Below the pieces are notes generated by a model. The model worked only from the letters and a program-made list of their open reading frames with translations, was not told the origin of the DNA and made no database searches. Made by a program: the position numbers and the translations under genes. Positions 18,243-24,800 of a stretch of DNA of 40,225 nucleotides are shown in pieces. Source of the DNA: an uncultured Candidatus Bathyarchaeia archaeon (GTDB lineage Archaea > Thermoproteota > Bathyarchaeia > TCS64); the NCBI GenBank assembly GCA_964559155.1, contig CAZLHA010000003.1, positions 1 to 40,225 on the forward strand, written 5' to 3'. How positions within the stretch are numbered: the first letter of the stretch is position 1; each line of letters opens with the position of its first letter.

Positions 18243-18982
18243 TTAATATGGACGATCTGACAGACAAACCAATCTTGATTACAGGCGCCGCCCGGTCAGG
18301 CACATCTATGATCGCTGGTATCATTTATATCTGTGGAGCGTTCAAGGGCGATACATCCGGGCCAAATAAAAACAATCAGAAAGGTATGTTTGAAAACTTT
18401 CATGTCCGGAATAAAATCGTCAAGCCTTATCTCGAATCAATAGGTGCTGATCGTCTCGGTCAATACCCGTTACCGGATATTAACAACCTTCCGGTCAACC
18501 CCGCCTTTGGGAGGGACATCATAGAGGTTATGAAATCGCAGGGGCACAAGTCTGGTCAATGGATGTACAAGGGCGCCAAGATTTGTCTCTGCTGGCCGAC
18601 ATGGCAGTTCGCTTTTCCGGAAGCCAAGATTATCATTGTCAGAAGAAAAACCCCTGATATTGTCAGTAGCTGTTTAAAAACAAGTTTTATGAAAGCTTTT
18701 CATCGTCAGGCGACATTAAAAGAAATCGGTGCGAGAAACTCAAGAGAAGGCTGGCTATGGTGGGTGCATCAGCATGAAAGGCGCATGGTTGAGATGTGCA
18801 AGGCTTGGAACGATGTTAAATTCGTGTGGCCTGAGAGATTAATCGAGGGCGATTACGATCAAATGCGAGATACAATTCAATGGCTTGGCTTGACTTGGAA
18901 TCAAAAAGAGGTTATGAATTTCATAGAGCCTAAGTTGTGGAAAACAAGGCAAAAATTAAAAATAGGAGCAGCAAATGGCTGA
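18230..18982 (+). CDS. Sulfotransferase (PAPS-dependent family-like)
   Basis: ILITGAARSGTSMIAG matches the 5'-PSB loop and KIIIVRRKTPDIVSS the 3'-PB motif. The start may be ATG 18248. The stop overlaps the next (neck) gene by 8 nt. Confidence 0.62.
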   Translation: MELLINMDDLTDKPILITGAARSGTSMIAGIIYICGAFKGDTSGPNKNNQKGMFENFHVRNKIVKPYLESIGADRLGQYPLPDINNLPVNPAFGRDIIEVMKSQGHKSGQWMYKGAKICLCWPTWQFAFPEAKIIIVRRKTPDIVSSCLKTSFMKAFHRQATLKEIGARNSREGWLWWVHQHERRMVEMCKAWNDVKFVWPERLIEGDYDQMRDTIQWLGLTWNQKEVMNFIEPKLWKTRQKLKIGAANG

Positions 18983-19367
18983 AGAATCTGATTGGAGAAC
19001 AGGCGACAGTGAGGTTCGAGAGTTGTTGACGTCAGAAGAAAGCTCTGCGATTTCCGACCTTGATCCATATATTTACGCAGCTCATCTTATCGTAGACCAT
19101 ATTCCCTCGAGCAGCTACGGAGCCAACCATCTTGAGCAGATAGAGCGATGGTTGTCGGCCCATATCGCTTCTTCATCGTATAGCGCAGAAGGAGAGATGG
19201 AGCAAATGAAAATGGGGGACACCTCCATTAAGTTTCGATCTCAAACATCCTCAGAAAGAGCTGAATATCTGGCAACAACAAGGTACGGAAGAACCGTGAT
19301 GCAACTGGATGTATACAATACATTGTGTGGCGGCAAAAGACAGGGCGCTAAATTAAAGGCATGGTGA
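18975..19367 (+). CDS. Putative head-tail adaptor/connector protein
   Basis: 130 aa, first gene of the neck block. ...YIYAAHLIVDHI...ERWLSAHIASS resembles DUF4054/gp6-like adaptors. The call is mainly positional. Confidence 0.4.
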   Translation: MAEESDWRTGDSEVRELLTSEESSAISDLDPYIYAAHLIVDHIPSSSYGANHLEQIERWLSAHIASSSYSAEGEMEQMKMGDTSIKFRSQTSSERAEYLATTRYGRTVMQLDVYNTLCGGKRQGAKLKAW

Positions 19368-19368
19368 T

Positions 19369-19746
19369 ATGGCTGACTGGAACGCTTTTAAAAACATAAT
19401 GCTGAAAAATCTGAAACATACCGTCTGTTACTGGGCGATCTCAGGGACATCCGGAGACGGCAGCAATTCATATTCGTCTCTTGTGGAAGTGAATGCAAAG
19501 ATACAGAAGAAAAGAGAGCTTGTCAAAGAGGCCGGTGGGATGGAGATAGTTTCTGACACACAGGTCTTTCTTGAGAACACAGCGGTTACATTCGATGAAT
19601 ACATCTATCTCGGGCCACAAGCTGATCTGACCGCCGCAGAAGAAGCCGATCCAACCACAATAGAAAATAATTGTTTTAAAGTTTTATCGAAATATGAATA
19701 TCTGGATGACGATGCAAACATAATGTTTATCAAGGTGTGGTTGTAA
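19369..19746 (+). CDS. Putative head-closure / neck protein
   Basis: 125 aa. Positional call only. Confidence 0.35.
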   Translation: MADWNAFKNIMLKNLKHTVCYWAISGTSGDGSNSYSSLVEVNAKIQKKRELVKEAGGMEIVSDTQVFLENTAVTFDEYIYLGPQADLTAAEEADPTTIENNCFKVLSKYEYLDDDANIMFIKVWL

Positions 19747-19789
19747 ACTACCGCCACCTAAAGGAGACGGCTTTCATGCCGAAAGACTG

Positions 19790-20290
19790 ATGAGCGTAGA
19801 AATAAAAGGACTAAAACGAGCCCAAGACGACCTGAACGACGCCATAAAAGACATCCATGAGCGGGGCATAAAAGGTGTTTACAAAGGTGCCTTGACCATT
19901 AAAAGAACTGCCATGGGCCGAAGATATTGTCCGGTTGACTGGGGTAATTTAAGGGCCAGTGCCTACGCCCTGCCGCAAAAGAACAAGGGCGTGTCCATCA
20001 GAGGCTCCGGGGTTTCTCCGAAGTTTCCGCATGATGCAGCATACGCGACAGGTAAAAAGGCGGGTTATTTATCAAGACACCATGAAAGAGCCATCGCTGA
20101 AAAACAAAACATTCTTGCCAGTACAATGCAAGATCCGGCTGCCATCGTAGGTTTCACAGCATACTACGCACCGATAGTACATGAGAGTCCTTTCGCCGGT
20201 AAAAATAATGGTGGCCCCAAGTTTTTGGAAAAGGCCGTGAAAAACAAACGAACGGCTGTACTGCAACACATTGTTAATGAGGCGGGATAA
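19790..20290 (+). CDS. HK97 gp10-like neck/tail-completion protein
   Basis: MSVEIKGLKRAQDDLNDAIKD...CPVDWGNLRASAY matches the HK97-gp10 family pattern. Preceded by a 4-codon leader ORF. Confidence 0.6.
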   Translation: MSVEIKGLKRAQDDLNDAIKDIHERGIKGVYKGALTIKRTAMGRRYCPVDWGNLRASAYALPQKNKGVSIRGSGVSPKFPHDAAYATGKKAGYLSRHHERAIAEKQNILASTMQDPAAIVGFTAYYAPIVHESPFAGKNNGGPKFLEKAVKNKRTAVLQHIVNEAG

Positions 20291-20676
20291 TGCCAAATTC
20301 AAAAGACATTGCTGAAATGCTTGAAGATTCTTCTGTCGGTAGAACACTTGGCACAGATTTATTCTATTCTTTTTTGCCCGACACTCCGAACGATGCCGTC
20401 TGTGTCTACGATGACGGGGACACGGAAGCCCCGCATCCGATGGTTGATTTGAGCAAGCCGGAGATACAGATAGTTGTAAGGGATGTTGATTATGATGATG
20501 CTTGGAGTACGGCAGTAACAATAAAAGATTTTTTGCACAAGAAGGTTAATCACACTCAGAATTCAACGAGATATATTTTTATCTTGGCGAATTCGGGCAT
20601 TATGCCAGCAGGCAGAGACAGTAAGAATCGCATAATGCTTTCTTTGAACTTTAGGACACTGGCAACGTCGGCATAA
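20290..20676 (+). CDS. Putative tail terminator / head-tail joining protein
   Basis: TAATG coupling, 128 aa, located directly upstream of the tube gene. Confidence 0.4.
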   Translation: MPNSKDIAEMLEDSSVGRTLGTDLFYSFLPDTPNDAVCVYDDGDTEAPHPMVDLSKPEIQIVVRDVDYDDAWSTAVTIKDFLHKKVNHTQNSTRYIFILANSGIMPAGRDSKNRIMLSLNFRTLATSA

Positions 20677-20719
20677 TGTGTTGCTGGGGAAGAATTAACA
20701 CAAAACATAGGAGGTACGC

Positions 20720-21142
20720 ATGAGTGATGCAGTATCGGGTGTTGGAGCATTATTCCGAAAATGGACAGGATCTGCTTGGGTTAGTATAGGCGAGGTTCTC
20801 ACCATATCCGGGCCCAACATGAGCAGAGAAACTATTGATGTAACGAACCTTGCCTCTACGGGCGGTTATCGTGAATTCATTGCATCTTTTAGAGACCCCG
20901 GAACCGTTTCTTTCAATATGAACTTCAATCGGTCAGATTACGACACAATGAAGACAGACTTTGAAAGTGATGTAGTACAGGATTATGAGATTATGCTCCC
21001 GGACACGGATAACACAAGTCTCGAATTTTCAGGTCTCGTAACGGAGCTTCCTCTGGATATTTCCGGGGATTCTCAGATTACGTGCAATGTTTCGATCAAG
21101 GTTACTGGTCAGGTAACGCCTGAGTCAGGTTCCGGTTCTTAA
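20720..21142 (+). CDS. Major tail (tube) protein
   Basis: AGGAGG RBS. ISGPNMSRETIDVTNLASTGGYREFIASFRDPGTVSFNMNFN fits the TP901-1/phi13-type tail tube pattern. Precedes the G/T chaperones. Confidence 0.7.
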   Translation: MSDAVSGVGALFRKWTGSAWVSIGEVLTISGPNMSRETIDVTNLASTGGYREFIASFRDPGTVSFNMNFNRSDYDTMKTDFESDVVQDYEIMLPDTDNTSLEFSGLVTELPLDISGDSQITCNVSIKVTGQVTPESGSGS

Positions 21143-21170
21143 CAATTTTTAATTCAAACGGAGGCTAATC

Positions 21171-21533
21171 ATGTCACTTTTAACAAAAGACCAGATTTTT
21201 AAAGCGAAAGACATCAAAAGAGAGAAAATGCACATCGAAGAATGGGGTGGCGACATCTATGTGCAGGAAATGACAGGAACAGCGAAGGATAACTTTGAGC
21301 TGGAAACAATGTCACGAAAAGGCCAGCCAGCAAAGGATAATTTCAGATCAAGGCTGCTTGTCAAATGCATTGTTGACAAAGAAGGAAACCCACTCTTCAC
21401 TGAAAAAGATATTGTCGAGCTTGGAAAAAAGTCAGGTGTCGTCATAGATAGGATTTTCCAAAAGGTCGGCGAGCTTAACGGGCTTTTCCCGAACAGGGCT
21501 GAAAAAGCAAAAAACTCCGAGACCGCCAAGTAA
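21171..21533 (+). CDS. Tail assembly chaperone (gpG-like)
   Basis: Located between the tube and tape measure genes. 120 aa. Ends just after a slippery heptamer. Confidence 0.65.
   Translation: MSLLTKDQIFKAKDIKREKMHIEEWGGDIYVQEMTGTAKDNFELETMSRKGQPAKDNFRSRLLVKCIVDKEGNPLFTEKDIVELGKKSGVVIDRIFQKVGELNGLFPNRAEKAKNSETAK
21509..21515 (+). promoter_or_regulatory. -1 programmed ribosomal frameshift heptamer A_AAA_AAC (G to G-T)
   Basis: In the G frame the codons read GCA AAA AAC. After a -1 slip the frame reads KLRDRQVRRFAFRLCLALGVLHPD with no stop and runs straight into ORF 21557..21883. Confidence 0.6.
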
Positions 21534-21556
21534 GAAGGTTCGCCTTTCGCCTATGC

Positions 21557-21883
21557 TTGGCGCTCGGAGTTTTGCACCCTGATTATTTATTAGAAAGGCT
21601 CACGTCATCTCAAATAGAAGAATGGATGGCTTATGAAATGGTCGAACCATTCGGAGAAATGAGAGATGATTTAAGAATGGCGAACCAGATGGCATTGCTT
21701 GCGAACGTAAACAGGAACAGCAAGAAGACGCCCAAAGCATTTACCGCAAAGGATTTTATGTTCGATTTCGAAAGCAGGTTTGACACAGAAGAAGACAAGC
21801 AAGCGAAGCTCAGTAACGAGTTGATTGCATCGCTTGGCAGCATGCCCGGTGTCAAGATTAAGAAAGGTGGCGAGGAGATTTAG
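21557..21883 (+). CDS. Tail assembly chaperone T-segment (expressed as a G-T fusion by -1 frameshift)
   Basis: The ORF lies in the -1 frame relative to G. LTSSQIEEWMAYEMVEPFGEMRDDLRMA resembles gpT/DUF4035-type sequences. It has no RBS of its own. Confidence 0.6.
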   Translation: MALGVLHPDYLLERLTSSQIEEWMAYEMVEPFGEMRDDLRMANQMALLANVNRNSKKTPKAFTAKDFMFDFESRFDTEEDKQAKLSNELIASLGSMPGVKIKKGGEEI

Positions 21884-21885
21884 CG

Positions 21886-24800
21886 ATGGCTTATGAACTG
21901 AGTGATATATATGTTAAAGTCGGCATGGACATGACCGAGTTCCAGAAAGGGGTCAAGCAGGTTCATAGCAGCTTTAGCAAGATGCAAAAAAATACTGCCG
22001 CTGTCACTTCAGGTTTCAAAAAATTAACCGTTGCAACGGCAGGCGCTGGATATGCTGCCTCTAAAAGCATCGGATATTTCGCTAAGTATGAGAGAAGCCT
22101 TTCGAGAATCCAGTTGTTGGGGGATGCAACAGCGGATACAATGAATACTGTTCGTGATGTCGTAAAAAAAATGGGTGCTACGACTGAGTTCAGTGCTTCT
22201 CAGGCCGCAAAGGGTATAGAGCTTTTGACAATGGGTGGTCTTGAGCTTCAGAAATCCATGGCAGCCTTACCGGAAGTGATCAACCTCGCCACAACCTCAC
22301 AGACAGACATGGCTCGTGCAGCAGACATCGCTACGAATGTTATGGGTCAGTATAGCCTTGCTGCAAATGAGCTCGTTCGTGTTAATGACGCGCTCGCAAA
22401 AGTTCAGTTGACATCGAATACCAATGTTCTTCAAGCCGCAACGGCCTTTGAATACGCAGGTACGACAGCAGCGACTATGGGCCTTGAGATAGAGGAACTT
22501 GCCGGTTGGATAGGCATCATGGCCGAAAAAGGTATAAAAGGCCAGAGAGCCGGTCGTATGTTCAGGAACGTTATGTTGAGCATGAATGACCCAACCGTAG
22601 AGGCTAAAAAAGTTTTTGAAGAATACAATGTTGAGCTTGAAAAATCGCCGGGAGTGCTGCGTCCTGTCGGCGATATAATGCAGGACATCGCCACGAAGAT
22701 TACAAACCAAGGCGACAGGATGAGAATCCTGAACAAAGAAACTGCTGACGTCAATAAAGTTTTTCAGGCCTATGCTGATGGTACGCTTCCGGATTATATC
22801 AGACAAATTGAAACGGCAGACGGGGTGAGTGCCAATTTCGCTGAGACCTTGCGGAAAGATGTAAAAGGTGAGATCGACACCTTGATTGCAACAATTGAAT
22901 CTGTCGGTATTGCCATCTGGGAAAGGTATAGTGACGAAATCGAGGAAGCGATTGAAGCTGTCGCTGATACAATTAGGAAGCATCGTCTTGACATTGTCGA
23001 TATGACAGATGGTATTGCGAATGCGATAGAAGGCATAGCTAATATTGATGTTGATAATTCTGCACTTGCAGCGATGTTCGACACAATGAAAAAGATGATG
23101 GGGCTTTTCAGCTCTTTACCTCCGGAAATCGCGGGCGCAACAGGCATGGGGCTTGTTGGCACTTTTCTTTTTGGCGCGAAGGGTGGTTTGCTGCTTGGTG
23201 GCGGTTCTTACTTGCTCAATGAGCTTGATGATTTTTTCACCGGATTAGATGCTGTCAGGCTTGGCGAGATGTCTTGGGCAGATTTTTTTGGTGATGAGGA
23301 TAAGTTTGAAGCAAAAGTAAACAAGTATAATGAGAAGCTTAAAGATGCCGCCGTAAATTTCGAGGGAGTTGTCGCCGAGCAGTTTACTGAGATAGGGGAT
23401 CTCACTCACTATATTGATGTTGCTGAAAATAAATTTGATGTTCTTTTCAATAATCTGCAAGATGCCGCTCGTATGTTCGGCATAAATTCAAAAGCTTATA
23501 ACGAGGCTGGACAGGCGCTTGAAGATTTTGGCGTCAAGCTTTACAGCTTTAAGCAGCAGAGGTTGGCGCTACGAGACGAAGAATTCATGGACCCGCAGAC
23601 GTTGGCTGATTTGGCTTACTTCAACGACCTGAATGAAAAGAGTGCTGAAAGGATAAAAGAAGTCGGGGCTGCATATAACAATACATCGGGAGAAGCGGGT
23701 GCGTGGAGCAAAGATCTCGATGAGTTAATCCTTAAATATGTCGAAGAAACAAAAACGCTGGGGATGTCAGAGCGTGAGCTGGCCCTTCATAACGCTGAAA
23801 TGAAATTGGGCACCAAAGTTTACGAAGCCAACATAAAAGAAATCAAAAAATTTATTAACGCACATTTTGATAAAGAAGCACAGCTTGAGAAAGACAATAG
23901 CGTTAAAAAGGTAATTGACGAATTAAAAAGAGAACGGGAGGCTCTTTATCAGACAGATCAGGAGCTTTACGTTTATAATAAATTAAAAGAAGCTGGAGTT
24001 GAAGCCGGATCAGAAGCCGCAGAAACAATAAAAGAAGAAGCGAACAGGGTTTTTGAATTAAAAGAAAATCTTGAAGAGTTAAGAGAGGCGGCTGAAAATT
24101 TTGATTACGGTGATTTGCCGGAAGCAATCGGCCTTGGAGGGGCTGGCGAAGATGACGATGAATATTTCAAGAAAAGAGAGGATGCTTACAAAAATTTCTT
24201 GGATGATACGCTTGACTGGGAGCTTGAAGCATTAGAAGAACGATACGATCTCGCTATAGATCATGCAAAAGAGCAGGGGGAAGATACCGCTGCAATAACT
24301 GAGCAGTATGAAAAAGAGAAAGCGGACATAGTCGCCAAGCACACCGAAAAAACAACGTCCGAGATGGAGAAAAAATGGAATCACGTTACTGAGAATATTC
24401 ATGACGCAATGGCCGATACGTTCGAGGACATGTTTGATGAAGGGCTGGATTCCTGGGAGGACTTTGCGGACTCCATCCTTGATATGATGAAATCCGCTTT
24501 TGCAGAGATGGCCGCTTATGATCTGATGATCAGCATGGGGTTCGATGTTGGAGAAGGGACGGGGCTGAGTGATTTCCTGGAGTCCAGCGGAATAAGCTCA
24601 ATGGCGTCAGAAAATAGTCTGTTGGGATCTGTCCTTGGAGGTGTCGGAGATTTGATGGGCGGACTAAAAAGTTCTTTGTCTACCCTGACTTCACAAATCT
24701 CTTCTTTTGGGGCTGTCGAGGCTGGAACGGGGGCCACAGCAGGATTGTCATTATCTGCTGTTGCAACGGCTGGTCTTACTGCCGCCTTGGTATTGTTTTC

